Shown here piece after piece: positions 1-10,024 of a DNA stretch of 64,000 nucleotides. Position 1 is the stretch's first letter, and every line of letters begins with the position of its first letter. The translations under genes and the position numbers were made by a program. The DNA comes from an uncultured Methanosarcinales archaeon (GTDB taxonomy: Archaea > Nanobdellota > Nanobdellia > Woesearchaeales > CAXGTL01), in NCBI GenBank assembly GCA_964535955.1, contig CAZHVK010000001.1, forward strand, positions 115,542 through 179,541, read 5' to 3'. Under the pieces are notes generated by a model. It saw only the letters and a program-made list of their open reading frames with translations. It did no database searches and was not told the DNA's origin.

Positions 1-204
1 CCAAATATGATAAAAGATATTGGATTTCCTGCTTATTATGCTAAAGATATGATAAAAGGGATACAAAGATTATTAAAAAACAAAAAAATGCAGAAAAAAT
101 TAGGTAAAGAAAGCAGAAAATGGTTTTTAGACAAAGCTGGTGCATGGGAAATTGCTGCTAATAAATATATTAATGCATTTTATAGATATCTAGGTGCAAA
201 ATAA
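1..204 (+). CDS. Glycosyltransferase family 4 (GT1 fold), C-terminal fragment; the 5' end lies outside the window
   Basis: The frame is open from nt 1. The C-terminal motif ...KLGKESRKWFLD..WEIAANKY... is typical of the C-terminus of GT4 glycosyltransferases. Confidence 0.45.
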   Translation, partial: PNMIKDIGFPAYYAKDMIKGIQRLLKNKKMQKKLGKESRKWFLDKAGAWEIAANKYINAFYRYLGAK

Positions 205-207
205 ATC

Positions 208-774
208 ATGAAACAAATCTTTACAATGGATGTTGAAAAAGAAATTAATGCTGGTGTTAAGTTTGCTAAATCATTGGCTAAAAAGAAAATAATTGGAGAG
301 TTTTATGTCTGTGGTTATTTAGTTGAAAAATTTCCTGGCAAAGTCAAACAAATAGCAAAGTTAGGGCACATTATTGGAGGGCATGGTTATAATCATGAAG
401 ATTTTGCAAAACTTAGTTATAGAAAAGCTAAGAAAATAATTAAGAAAACAATAAATGTTTTTGATCTATGTGGTATTAAAATTATTGGTTGGAGATTTCC
501 TGGTTTTAGTTTTAGAAATAATCAACTTAAAATATTAGTCAAATATGGATTGTATGATTCTTCTATAAGGGATAAGCAGTTGAAGAAGTGGGGTAATTTT
601 ATATTTTTGAGGAATTGGTTGAGGAATTTTAAAAGAGGAATCATATTTTGGCCGAGCATATTTCCAAAGAATCTTATAGAAAAACCCTGGAGTCATGCTG
701 ATACTAATGAAAAACAGTTTAAAGATATTAACAAAAAGCAAGGAAGATTAGTTCTTCATTGTTATAATAGGTAA
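208..774 (+). CDS. Polysaccharide deacetylase-like (NodB homology) protein
   Basis: GHIIGGHGYNHEDF fits the NodB H-x-x-x-x-H metal-binding motif and FTMDVE resembles the TFDDG motif. The gene sits inside a glycan-biosynthesis cluster. Confidence 0.45.
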   Translation: MKQIFTMDVEKEINAGVKFAKSLAKKKIIGEFYVCGYLVEKFPGKVKQIAKLGHIIGGHGYNHEDFAKLSYRKAKKIIKKTINVFDLCGIKIIGWRFPGFSFRNNQLKILVKYGLYDSSIRDKQLKKWGNFIFLRNWLRNFKRGIIFWPSIFPKNLIEKPWSHADTNEKQFKDINKKQGRLVLHCYNR

Positions 775-783
775 AACTAAAAA

Positions 784-1722
784 ATGGGATTAAATGAAGT
801 AAAGAAAAATTTTGTATTTTATTATAAAGATGATATGAGGATCTTTCTAGGTTATGTTCTATTTATCATGAGAAGGTTTTTGTCTCTTCCAAAAAGAAAG
901 TTTATGAATCTATTTGTAAGAGATGCTGGTAGTAGCAAATATAAAAAAGTGATAAAAGATAAAGAAAAAGTTATCAGAGATGTACTTGGTAAGAAGATGG
1001 TACTTCCTGTATCTGATAAAGGTTTGTCCAGAGATCTAATCATACATGGAATCAGAGAACCACATTGTGTTGAAATAATGAAAACAATTATTAAAAAAGG
1101 TATGAACATTGTTGAGGTTGGTGCAAACATTGGTTATTTTGTGCTTCAAGAACACATCATACTTGGTAATAGTGGGACAATATATGCAATTGAACCTAAT
1201 CCTCTTTCAATGCAGTATCTAAAGAAAAATGTTAAACTTAATTCTATGAAAAATGTAAAGACATTTAATATAGGTGTTAGTGATAGGATGGGTGAAATGA
1301 CATTTTTAATGTCTAAAAAATGGAACCTGAGTAGGTTTCAAAATGAGAAACAAACTAATACAAGTGATGTGTTAAAACAAGTAAAAGTAAAGATAAAAAC
1401 ACTTGATTCTCTTTTTGCAAATAAAAAAATTGACCTTATTAGAACTGATATTGAAGGATATGAGTATCAAATGATAAAAGGTTCTGAGAAAGTATTGTCA
1501 AATTGTAAAAATTTGATTATATTCCTAGAATTCCATCCATATATGTTAAAGAAAAGTCAAAGAAGAGAGATGGCTGTTATTTTAAAAAAATCTGGGTTTA
1601 AAATAAAGACTGCATTTTTGCAAGATCCTAATAATTGTAGATATCTTAAGAAATTTACTTTTAAAGATATGGCTGGTAAAGCTTATTTTTTTCCTTTACA
1701 TCTTGTGATGGAAAAGAAGTGA
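784..1722 (+). CDS. FkbM-family SAM-dependent methyltransferase
   Basis: VEVGANIGYF...IYAIEPNP...NV matches the FkbM-domain pattern (vDvGAn.G......v.afEP.p). Confidence 0.55.
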   Translation: MGLNEVKKNFVFYYKDDMRIFLGYVLFIMRRFLSLPKRKFMNLFVRDAGSSKYKKVIKDKEKVIRDVLGKKMVLPVSDKGLSRDLIIHGIREPHCVEIMKTIIKKGMNIVEVGANIGYFVLQEHIILGNSGTIYAIEPNPLSMQYLKKNVKLNSMKNVKTFNIGVSDRMGEMTFLMSKKWNLSRFQNEKQTNTSDVLKQVKVKIKTLDSLFANKKIDLIRTDIEGYEYQMIKGSEKVLSNCKNLIIFLEFHPYMLKKSQRREMAVILKKSGFKIKTAFLQDPNNCRYLKKFTFKDMAGKAYFFPLHLVMEKK

Positions 1723-1774
1723 TAGATTTAATCTAAACAATTATCTAGATAATTGAATGATTAAATGGTAATGG

Positions 1775-3010
1775 TTGATTAAAATGTTGATATATTTATA
1801 TTCAAGAAACCTGGGATTACGAGGAGGAGGAGTGATAAGTAGTCTTACAACTAAGAAATATGTTAATCTATTTGGACATGAATGTTTGTCTTTTACAAAC
1901 ATTAATGAGCTGAGGTCTGCAATTATCAGGAAAAGACCAGATCTAATTCTTCATCATAATATTGTTAATATGTATTCTGTTCTAAGAATTTCTAAGAAAT
2001 ATAAGATTCCATTGATTATTACTGTGAATGGATTGATAACGTGCGGCAGAGGGTTTCATTATATGCCTGATAAGTCTGGGTTTGGAAAAGTCTGTAAAAG
2101 ATGTTCTGTTTATCAAATGCTAAAGTGCAGTATAATTGGTGAGAAAGGAATTAAAGATGATCTTTTTTTAAAAATTAAAAAAATATTAAGTGTTGTGTAT
2201 AGGTGGTTGAAGATAAAGCTTAGAATTTATTGTTTGAATAAAGTAGATGCTATTATTGCAATTGATGAAACATTGAAAAAAGTATTGATCAGAGGAGGGA
2301 TCAGGAATAAAATCTATGTATGCCCTCAACCTATTGATGATGATTTTTTAAAAGTGTCTAAGAAGGTTGTAAAAGCAGATGGTGAAGAACTTCAGAGGAA
2401 TGAAAAGGCAATTAATCATTTTTTTAAGACAAAAAAAAAGAAAATAATATTGGGTGCTGGATTGTTTGTTGAAAAAGGTGCTCTTGTTTTTCTTAAAGCT
2501 TTTAATGAATTGCAAAAAGAAGGAGAAAAAGAAAAAAAACAAAAACAAAGTAAAGTGCAGGATGTTGAGGTCTTTGTGATCGGTAAAAAACATGAATATG
2601 TTGATTTGTCTGTGTTTAAACCTTATATGAAGAAAAATGTTTTTGTTACTGGTAAAGTTTCTCTTGATGAAATGAAATTATTCTATAAAAATGCTGATTT
2701 TATGGGATACATCTGTCTATTGCCTGGTGCATTTGGAAGAGTGTGGGTTGAAGCAATAATGCATAAGTGTGCTATATTGTGTGTTAAGAACCGTGGTGGT
2801 CCTAATGATTTTCTTGTTCCTAATAAAGAAGCTCTTTTTGTGAATGAAAATATTGAGGCATTGAAAAAAGGCATTGTCAAGCTGTTAGATGATGATAAAT
2901 TTAGAAAAAAGATTGCAATAAATGGATATAAGTATGCAAAAAATAATCTTGTTGCTTCTGTTGTTGTGAAAAGATTGGATGAGATTTATAAGGATGTTGT
3001 TAAGGATTAA
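1775..3010 (+). CDS. Glycosyltransferase family 4 carrying a Cys-rich and a K/E-rich insertion
   Basis: The C-terminal half (GKKHEYVDL...FVTGKVS...LLPGAFGRVWVEAIMHKCAILC...GYKYAKNNL) is a typical GT4 fold. A low-complexity EKEKKQKQSK insertion is present. Confidence 0.55.
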   Translation: MIKMLIYLYSRNLGLRGGGVISSLTTKKYVNLFGHECLSFTNINELRSAIIRKRPDLILHHNIVNMYSVLRISKKYKIPLIITVNGLITCGRGFHYMPDKSGFGKVCKRCSVYQMLKCSIIGEKGIKDDLFLKIKKILSVVYRWLKIKLRIYCLNKVDAIIAIDETLKKVLIRGGIRNKIYVCPQPIDDDFLKVSKKVVKADGEELQRNEKAINHFFKTKKKKIILGAGLFVEKGALVFLKAFNELQKEGEKEKKQKQSKVQDVEVFVIGKKHEYVDLSVFKPYMKKNVFVTGKVSLDEMKLFYKNADFMGYICLLPGAFGRVWVEAIMHKCAILCVKNRGGPNDFLVPNKEALFVNENIEALKKGIVKLLDDDKFRKKIAINGYKYAKNNLVASVVVKRLDEIYKDVVKD

Positions 3011-4190
3011 TTATCTTGTTGTGCTGTTCATAGAATTCAATAATTGCATTTGTTATATAGTCTAATTCTTCTTCTGTAATATAAGCATCTATTGGTAAGC
3101 TTAGGATCTTGGTTGATATTTGTTCTGCAATTGGAAAATCACCTTGCTGATAGCCTAAGTATTCAAAAGCTTTTTGAAGATGAAGTGGTTTTGGATAATG
3201 GATTGATGTTGGAATCTGTTTTTGTTTAAGATATGACACCAAATTATCTCTATCTTTGACTTGAATTGAATACTGGGCCCAGACTGACTTATTGTTTTCT
3301 TTTATGTATGGAAGTATGATAATATCTTTACCTGATTCTTTATCTGATAATTGTTTTAGTTTTGTATTGTAATAATCTGCTGCTTTGTTTCTTTTGTCTA
3401 TTTCTTGATTTGTGAATGTTTCTAATTTTGCTAATAAGATTGAAGCTTGGATTGTATCAAGTCTTGCATTTGTTCCAATCATTGTGTGATTGTACTTTGT
3501 TATCTGTCCATGGTTGATGATCCTTCTAATATTTTCTGCGAATTCATAATTATTAGTAAAGATCATACCTGCATCTCCATAACAACCTAAAGGTTTTGCT
3601 GGAAAAAATGATGTGGTTGAGATATCACCTGATGAACATGACTTCTTTCCACCGAAATCTGCTCCAAATGATTGGGCAGCGTCTTGGATAACAAACAGAT
3701 CATATTCTTTGGCTATCTCTTTTATCTTATCATAGTCTGCGCATTGTCCAAATAAGTCGACTGCAATGATTGCTTTTATCTTGTTTTTTTGAATTAATTG
3801 TTTTGTCAATTGGTCTGTAGGGTTTTGTAGAAATTGTTTTACCTTATTTGGGTCAATATTATAAGTTTGTGGATCAATGTCTACAAAAATTGGTGTTGCA
3901 CCTAATAATGTGATAACTTCTGCTGTTGCTATAAATGTAAAAGGTGTTGTGATTACATAATCTCCTTTTTTTATGTTTAAAGCAATAAGTGCTATTAATA
4001 ATGCATCTGTGCCTGATGAAACACCGATTGCATTTTTTGTGTTTGTGAAATATTGGCATTTTTGTTCTAGAATCTTTATCTCTGGACCATTGATGAACTT
4101 AGCATGTTGAAGTACTTTGTTGATATTATCATCTATGTGTTGCTTAAGAAATTTGTACTGTCTTTTGAGATTGCAAAATTCGATTTTCAT
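3000..4190 (-). CDS. DegT/DnrJ/EryC1/StrS-family PLP-dependent sugar aminotransferase (WbpE-like)
   Basis: The family pattern runs throughout: GATPIFVDID, DAAQSFGA, and the SFFPAKPLGCYGDAGM lysine motif. Confidence 0.85.
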   Translation of the reverse strand: MKIEFCNLKRQYKFLKQHIDDNINKVLQHAKFINGPEIKILEQKCQYFTNTKNAIGVSSGTDALLIALIALNIKKGDYVITTPFTFIATAEVITLLGATPIFVDIDPQTYNIDPNKVKQFLQNPTDQLTKQLIQKNKIKAIIAVDLFGQCADYDKIKEIAKEYDLFVIQDAAQSFGADFGGKKSCSSGDISTTSFFPAKPLGCYGDAGMIFTNNYEFAENIRRIINHGQITKYNHTMIGTNARLDTIQASILLAKLETFTNQEIDKRNKAADYYNTKLKQLSDKESGKDIIILPYIKENNKSVWAQYSIQVKDRDNLVSYLKQKQIPTSIHYPKPLHLQKAFEYLGYQQGDFPIAEQISTKILSLPIDAYITEEELDYITNAIIEFYEQHNKIINP

Positions 4191-4233
4191 TTTTGCTCTA
4201 CCGATTAATTGGCGGCAGTTTCATTTTTACTTT

Positions 4234-4836
4234 CTAAACTTTTTCTTCAATTGGTGTAAAACTAATTCCTACGAATTTGTATGTGCTGTGACAACTTGTG
4301 CATTCTAGTATCTGTTCTTGTTCTGAAAATGTTTCTTTTGTCAAAACAATGCCACATTTGCAGACCCAGCCTTTATGTTTTGCAGGTGTACCTAAAAATA
4401 ATGCATAATCTGGAACATCTTTTGTGACAACTGCACCTGCTCCTATCAATGAATATCTGCCTAAAGTGTTGCCGCATATAATGGTTGCATTTGCTCCTAT
4501 TGTTGCTCCTTTTTTTACTAGTGTTTTTTTGAACTCATGTTTACGTTCAATAAATGATCTTGGAATAATAACATTTGTAAATACCATTGAAGGACCACAA
4601 AAAACATCGTCCTCTAGTTCCACACATTTGTAAACAGAAACATTGTTTTGTATCTTGCACCTGTTGCCTATTTTTATATCTGGTCCGATTGATACGTTTT
4701 GACCAATGACACAATTATTACCTATTGTTGAACCTGAGAGTATATGAGAAAAGTGCCATATCTTTGTGCCTTTACCTATGTTTACATTATCATCAATGCA
4801 TGATGATTTATGGACAAAGTAATCTTGATTTTCCAT
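4234..4836 (-). CDS. Sugar N-acetyltransferase with left-handed beta-helix hexapeptide repeats and a C-terminal CxxC..CxxC zinc ribbon
   Basis: Repeated [LIV]G-x-x-x-x-I hexapeptides (IGNNCVIGQNVSIGPDIKIGNRCKI). The C-terminal KCGIV...CTSCHSTY motif forms the zinc ribbon. Confidence 0.75.
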   Translation of the reverse strand: MENQDYFVHKSSCIDDNVNIGKGTKIWHFSHILSGSTIGNNCVIGQNVSIGPDIKIGNRCKIQNNVSVYKCVELEDDVFCGPSMVFTNVIIPRSFIERKHEFKKTLVKKGATIGANATIICGNTLGRYSLIGAGAVVTKDVPDYALFLGTPAKHKGWVCKCGIVLTKETFSEQEQILECTSCHSTYKFVGISFTPIEEKV

Positions 4837-4838
4837 TT

Positions 4839-5837
4839 TTAATCTATTGCTCCTTTAAAATTTATATTTTTTAATAAAAATTTATGTGAATTTGGTTTCA
4901 CTCCTATAGGAACTGCTTTTCTTATGTTATAGACTAGTTCAATAGAAGGCCTGGATTCTTTTATTCCAAAACCTTGCCCTTGTAAGATGTTTTGATAAAC
5001 CTTTGTATGCAAGTCTGTAAAGCCTTGTGAAAACTGTACCTCTTCATTGTTTATCTTGATTGATCTGAAGGCTTTGTTTTGTTTGTTTTCCTGATTTTGT
5101 TTTTTATTCTGTTCTGGAAGATCATCTTTGTCTAAAGATAAAAACCATTTGACTTTTGCTTTTTCTAGTTCTAAGTATCCTGACATTTTTTTATTATCTT
5201 TATAATGTACTTCTAAATTAACTGGTTTTCCAAAGATCCAGACCAGCATATCAAAAAAATGAATACCTATGTTTGTTGCAATTCCACCTGACTTTTCAAG
5301 ATGGCCTTTCCATGAAGTAAAATACCATCTTCCTCTTGGTGTGATATAAGTTAGGTCTATGTTATACTTTATCTCATTAAATTCATTGTCAATCTTATTT
5401 TTCAATGCAATTATTGAAGGATGAAGTCTTAACTGAAGCACTGTGTAGACTTTTTGACCATATTCTTTTTCTAATTCTTCTAATTGGTCTAGATTCCAAG
5501 AATTTAAAACCAAAGGTTTCTCACAGATAGGTGTTGCACCAATTCTAAAAGCAAATCTAATATGAGCATCATGAAGATAATTTGGTGAGCATATACTAAC
5601 ATAATGTATTCTTTTTTCATGACCAAGTCTTTTTAATTTTTCAGCATGTCTATCAAATCTTTCAAATTCTGAGAAAAAATGCACATCATCAAAATATCTA
5701 TCAAGGATTCCAACAGAATCAGCAGTATCAAGTGCTGCGATTAGTTTATTCCCTGTTTCTTTTATAGCTTTTAGGTGCCTTGGAGCAATATAACCTGCAA
5801 CACCTATAAAAGCAAAGTTTTTTTGTATGTTTTGCAT
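4839..5837 (-). CDS. Gfo/Idh/MocA-family NAD-dependent sugar oxidoreductase (WbpB/WlbA-like UDP-GlcNAcA 3-dehydrogenase candidate)
   Basis: N-terminal Rossmann motif FAFIGVAGYIAPRHLKA and the Gfo/Idh/MocA fold. It is adjacent to the DegT aminotransferase and the acetyltransferase. Confidence 0.8.
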   Translation of the reverse strand: MQNIQKNFAFIGVAGYIAPRHLKAIKETGNKLIAALDTADSVGILDRYFDDVHFFSEFERFDRHAEKLKRLGHEKRIHYVSICSPNYLHDAHIRFAFRIGATPICEKPLVLNSWNLDQLEELEKEYGQKVYTVLQLRLHPSIIALKNKIDNEFNEIKYNIDLTYITPRGRWYFTSWKGHLEKSGGIATNIGIHFFDMLVWIFGKPVNLEVHYKDNKKMSGYLELEKAKVKWFLSLDKDDLPEQNKKQNQENKQNKAFRSIKINNEEVQFSQGFTDLHTKVYQNILQGQGFGIKESRPSIELVYNIRKAVPIGVKPNSHKFLLKNINFKGAID

Positions 5838-5990
5838 TTTAGAAAAAAAGAGTTATCCTGTGTTTATAAATTTTGTGTAGTTTATTTATTATTATTTTCT
5901 AAAATAGAGATTACAGTACTCATATACTCTATAAAACATGATATTGATAAGCATAATATTAATAAACAAATAGGGTTTCCAAGATACAAA

Positions 5991-6716
5991 ATGATAACTA
6001 TCTTTGTTCCTGTATATTATGAGGAGAATATATTAGAAAAAAACATACTATATCTTAATAATTTTCTTAATAAACATTTTCAATCTTTGAGACAGAAATA
6101 CCAAATAGTGATTTTAGATAGTAATAGCAAGGATAATACACCAAAAATCGCAAAGAATTTAGGAAGGAAATATAAAAATATCAAATATTTGAATAATCCT
6201 AAAAGAGGCAAAGGTATTGCAATTAAAGAAGCATCATTAGGAATCAAATCGGATTTTTATTCTTTTATTGATATTGATGTGCCAATTAAATTAGAAGAAT
6301 ATGCTGCAATTGTTCAGCAAGTTGTTGACTGTAAAACTGATGTATGCATTGGTTCGAAATATGTTAAAGGATCTTTTTATAAAAGACCATTAAAAAGGAT
6401 CATTGGTTCTAAAGTGTTTAATCTTATTGCTAGGACATTTTTGAAATTACCTGTCAAAGATATATACATGGGAGCAAAAGTTTGGAATAAAGATGTAAAT
6501 AATTATGTTTGGAGTAAGGTTGAAGATGATAAGTGGTTTTTTGATATAGAATTTCTTTATTATGCAAATATGAAAGGATTTAAAATCAAGGAAATGCCTG
6601 TAACATATAAAGAAACAAGAATTGATTCAAAGCTTAACTTTTTAAAGGTAAGCACATTATTTTCAAAAAAATTAAGTAAATTGATATTAAAGCACATGAT
6701 GAAAAAAAATAAATAA
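5991..6716 (+). CDS. Glycosyltransferase family 2 (Dpm1-like dolichyl-phosphate hexose synthase type)
   Basis: The GT2 core is ITIFVPVYYEE...VILDSNSKDNT...FIDIDV (DXD). The ORF track begins at 5775, inside the convergent oxidoreductase gene; the internal ATG at 5991 (MITIFV) is the plausible start. Confidence 0.65.
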   Translation: MITIFVPVYYEENILEKNILYLNNFLNKHFQSLRQKYQIVILDSNSKDNTPKIAKNLGRKYKNIKYLNNPKRGKGIAIKEASLGIKSDFYSFIDIDVPIKLEEYAAIVQQVVDCKTDVCIGSKYVKGSFYKRPLKRIIGSKVFNLIARTFLKLPVKDIYMGAKVWNKDVNNYVWSKVEDDKWFFDIEFLYYANMKGFKIKEMPVTYKETRIDSKLNFLKVSTLFSKKLSKLILKHMMKKNK

Positions 6717-6722
6717 AAATAA

Positions 6723-8159
6723 ATGAGAAAGAATAAAATGAATGAAATAATTGACCAAAATCCAAAAATAGGAGAAAGAGAACAGGAAAATAAAATAAGT
6801 GTTAAAAAAGATTTATTTGACAGGATAAAGCAAATGAAAGGGGCTATCCATTTAGTTTTAATAGCTACAAAGCCTGACATAATTAAACAAGCTCCATTGA
6901 TTCTGGAATTGAGAAAAAGGAATGAAAATATTGTAATAGTCCATACTGGGCAGCATTATGATTGGAACTTATCCAAAGGAATGGAACAAGAATTTGATAT
7001 TCACCCTGATGTAAATCTAAATGTTCATGGAAAGACATTATATGAACAACAGTCAAAAATCATAGGCAGGTTTGGAAAAATAGTGGATGAAATTAAGAAG
7101 ATTAATAAAAAAATTGTTCCTTATACATATAGTGATACAACTAGTGCTGTTGCTGGTGGTGTTGCTAGTTTTGCAAATAGGATTGCAGTTGCTCATGTTG
7201 AAGCAGGACTTAGGACAATGAGTCCACCAAGAGAAATCCTTACAAGTTTATTATATAATAGGAATATTGTTGATTATTATGAAGAATTAAAAAATCCTGA
7301 AGGATGGAAAAAAGGAAGTTATGAACCTTATCCTGAACAGTTTGACAGCCGAGCTTCTGCACCATCAGCTGGAGTGCATCTTGCTCCTACTGAGCTTAAT
7401 AAAAATAATTTGATAAATGAGGGATATGATAAAAAAAGAATATTTGTTGTTGGAAATCCTGTTTCAGATGCAATTGGATTTGCAAAAGAAAGAATAGATC
7501 AAAGTCAGATATTCAAGGAATATCCTATATTAAAGCAAGGTAATTTTATAAGATTCTGTGTTCATAGAAGAGAAAATGTTTCATCTAAGCATAGGTTTAA
7601 GTCAATAATACTAGCAATGATTGAATTGATTAAAGAAGGTAAAAATATTCTTTTTATCTCATTAGGTGCAACTGAAAAAGCATTAAAAGCATTTGAATTA
7701 AAAGAAGAGATTGTGGAATTGAACAAAGAATATGAGAATTTTATTTATTCACCTGTATGGCCCAGTTATATTGATGTGATTGCTGCTATGCAAAAATGTA
7801 GTGTAATTGCAACTGATTCTGGGAGTATACAAGAGGAAGCTAACATACTTGGAATTCCAGGAGTCATTTTAAGGTTTAATTCTGATAGACCTGAGACTGT
7901 TTTTGCAGGATCAAATATAATTGCACCTCCTATGAAAAAAGAGATTGTCTACAGAATAATAAAAGAAATTCATGAAAATAGGGAACTTAACAATAAAATG
8001 GCAAATAGTCCTAAACTTTATGGTCAGGATGTTGGTAAAAAAATAGTTGATGTTGTTAATGGTATAATGAGTGAAGGGCCATTGTTTGAACTACTTGAAC
8101 ATGAAAGATTAGGTTTTTCTAAATTTGATATGTGGGAGAAAGGTGGGATTGATTGGTGA
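6723..8159 (+). CDS. UDP-N-acetylglucosamine 2-epimerase (non-hydrolysing, WecB/MnaA family) with insertions
   Basis: Hallmark HVEAGLRT motif plus ATDSGSIQEEANILGIPGVILRFNSDRPE. The protein is about 100 aa longer than usual because of inserts. Confidence 0.8.
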   Translation: MRKNKMNEIIDQNPKIGEREQENKISVKKDLFDRIKQMKGAIHLVLIATKPDIIKQAPLILELRKRNENIVIVHTGQHYDWNLSKGMEQEFDIHPDVNLNVHGKTLYEQQSKIIGRFGKIVDEIKKINKKIVPYTYSDTTSAVAGGVASFANRIAVAHVEAGLRTMSPPREILTSLLYNRNIVDYYEELKNPEGWKKGSYEPYPEQFDSRASAPSAGVHLAPTELNKNNLINEGYDKKRIFVVGNPVSDAIGFAKERIDQSQIFKEYPILKQGNFIRFCVHRRENVSSKHRFKSIILAMIELIKEGKNILFISLGATEKALKAFELKEEIVELNKEYENFIYSPVWPSYIDVIAAMQKCSVIATDSGSIQEEANILGIPGVILRFNSDRPETVFAGSNIIAPPMKKEIVYRIIKEIHENRELNNKMANSPKLYGQDVGKKIVDVVNGIMSEGPLFELLEHERLGFSKFDMWEKGGIDW

Positions 8160-9882
8160 ACACTACAAAATTGTGTTCTTTGTTTTGATATATTGTAAAG
8201 AAACCTATACTGTTAAAGTCTGATTTTGTAATTGTATTAAGATATATAAACTTCTTTGTTTTATTATTGAATATGTTTTGGTTTATGATTATATAATTTA
8301 CATTATATTTTTTTATGATGTTATTGATTGTTTGTAAGTCGTTATCAGGCAGCATTACTGCTTTTCTAGAAGTATAAAAATTAACTTGAGCAGGAAGAGA
8401 TGTCATGATAATATCATCTTGATTTGTATTTTGTAATACCCAATCTGCTTCAGGAGAATAATTTTGGTATGATGGAAGAGTTGATAATCTATAATTCATA
8501 AATGTTATGAAATAAAGACTAAATACAATAATTATAATGATTGTGATTATTAGAATGATATATGAAGATTTGTTAATCAATGTTTTGATTGTGTTTACTA
8601 TTTTTGATTTTGATTTTTTGCAATATCTCAATAAGGTATAAATTATTAGAGGAGTAAGTAAAATCAGGATTGGAGTAAAATATCTTGGTTCATAATGAGA
8701 TCTTATTGTGAAAAAAATTGATAATAAGTAGAATGTGAGGATTGAAAAGTCAAGATATATTCTTATTCCTAATTTAAAGGTTTTTCTTAATCTTAACAAG
8801 ATTAATGATGATATGAATAAAAATAATGTTATAAGATTTGTAAAAAAAAGATAAATTTGGCGTAATGTGAATATAATTATATTATTCCATGAACAAGAAA
8901 GATTTGTATGAGGTAAATATCTGATTATATGTTCTTGTAAAGGAGTTCTAAATCCTGAACATTTATAGATTAAATCAGGAAGTCCTGAATAAGGGGATGA
9001 AACAAAAGTATTGAATAAAAGAGAGTTTCTTAGAAAAAAAGGAAGCAAGATAAGAAAACATGTTAGTAATGTTAATGTTAAAGATATTATGAATCTGTGT
9101 CTGTTTGTTGTTTTGTTTGTTCTTTTGTTTGTTGTTTTGTTTGTTGTTTTGTTTGTTGTTTTGTTTGTTGTTTTGTTTGTTGTTTTTATTCTAAACTTTG
9201 ATAAAGTAAATAAATACATAATAGAAAGACATAGCATTGCAAAGATTGCAAAGATACCTGCATATTTTTGTAAAAAAGTAAATGCCAATATAATTCCTAA
9301 TATGAATGGTATTGTTGTTTTGGATGATGTTGTGCCAATAGTTGTGACAAGTTTTACAAAAAAATAAACACTTAATAATAATAAAATGTAAAACAAAGGT
9401 TCTGTCATTGCGTATAGAAAGTAATAACTAAATAAAAAATAAGGATTAAAGATTATAATTAAGCTTGAGAAAAATGCAATTGTTTCACCAAAAATGTCTT
9501 TTGTAATGAAATAAAAGAGGATTGCAAATATGAGAAATAAAATAATATTAATAATTTTTGTAGAAAAAACACTTATTCCAAAGATTAAATAGCTTAATGA
9601 GATTAATATTGGGAAAAAGATAACTCTTACATCTTCTGGGTGAGTTATGGTGTCATAATCTTCATAGTAATATAAAATAAAGTCATTAGTAATGCCTTTT
9701 CCTGATAATATGTTTTTTGCTGTTGCTGAAAAAATTCCTGGATCGCTTCCAATGCCATTATTGTTTGAAATTATGTTTAAATAAATTGAGAATAAGATTA
9801 GGATAATCAGCAAATATGATAAAAATAATTTGGTATTCTTTTTGTGCTTTTTTCTTTTTTTGTTGTTTTTCAGAGATTTCAT
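8119..9882 (-). CDS. Polytopic membrane protein, putative GT-C-fold (ArnT/PMT-like) glycosyltransferase; carries a (KTTNK)n low-complexity loop
   Basis: More than 10 predicted TM helices in the N-terminal two thirds and a soluble C-terminal domain. A KTTNKTTNKTTNKTTNKTTNKRTNKTTN loop is present. Position within the agl cluster is suggestive, but the family assignment is tentative. Confidence 0.4.
   Translation of the reverse strand: MKSLKNNKKRKKHKKNTKLFLSYLLIILILFSIYLNIISNNNGIGSDPGIFSATAKNILSGKGITNDFILYYYEDYDTITHPEDVRVIFFPILISLSYLIFGISVFSTKIINIILFLIFAILFYFITKDIFGETIAFFSSLIIIFNPYFLFSYYFLYAMTEPLFYILLLLSVYFFVKLVTTIGTTSSKTTIPFILGIILAFTFLQKYAGIFAIFAMLCLSIMYLFTLSKFRIKTTNKTTNKTTNKTTNKTTNKRTNKTTNRHRFIISLTLTLLTCFLILLPFFLRNSLLFNTFVSSPYSGLPDLIYKCSGFRTPLQEHIIRYLPHTNLSCSWNNIIIFTLRQIYLFFTNLITLFLFISSLILLRLRKTFKLGIRIYLDFSILTFYLLSIFFTIRSHYEPRYFTPILILLTPLIIYTLLRYCKKSKSKIVNTIKTLINKSSYIILIITIIIIIVFSLYFITFMNYRLSTLPSYQNYSPEADWVLQNTNQDDIIMTSLPAQVNFYTSRKAVMLPDNDLQTINNIIKKYNVNYIIINQNIFNNKTKKFIYLNTITKSDFNSIGFFTIYQNKEHNFVVFTNQSHLSPTYQI
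9107..9190. repeat. 15-nt tandem repeat (about 5.5 copies of tttgtttgttgtttt) inside a CDS, encoding (KTTNK)n on the minus strand
   Basis: The repeat is directly visible in the sequence. Confidence 0.9.
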
Positions 9883-10024
9883 AATAAATTCATTGCTTTG
9901 ATTAGGTTATATAAAGATTTATAGTCAAAAATGTATATGTTATAATAGAAATGTTTTTATAGTGTGCTCAAGTCTTTTGAAAAAAAGTAATAAAAAAGAA
10001 TAAAAACAATAAAAGTTATGAAAA

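Noticed and set aside
5775-5990. N-terminal 72 codons of the ORF-track GT2 gene (5775-6716)
   Set aside because: This part overlaps the 3' end of the convergent oxidoreductase gene. The GT2 domain begins at the internal Met (5991), and the extension is hydrophobic low-complexity read-through.
9107-9190. 15-nt tandem repeats (and those at 12654-12705, 17928-17966, 19330-19420) considered as CRISPR-like or satellite DNA
   Set aside because: They are in frame inside long ORFs and encode peptide repeats with no spacers. They are coding microsatellites.
9011-9367. 118-aa plus-strand ORF (and similar antisense ORFs at 535-741, 852-1130, 2348-2593, 3874-4059, 6560-6880, 12062-12313, 15276-15512, 18949-19199, 19656-20096, 21821-22585, 22931-23254, 25572-25901, 29023-30267, 44360-44704, 45974-46897, 48217-48555, 49462-49743, 50103-50609, 52715-53011, 54091-54336, 57251-57550, 62977-63327)
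   Set aside because: All lie antisense within much longer, well-supported genes. Their products are low-complexity (F/L/S-rich), which is expected from reading the complement of K/E-rich AT-rich codons. They are not independent genes.
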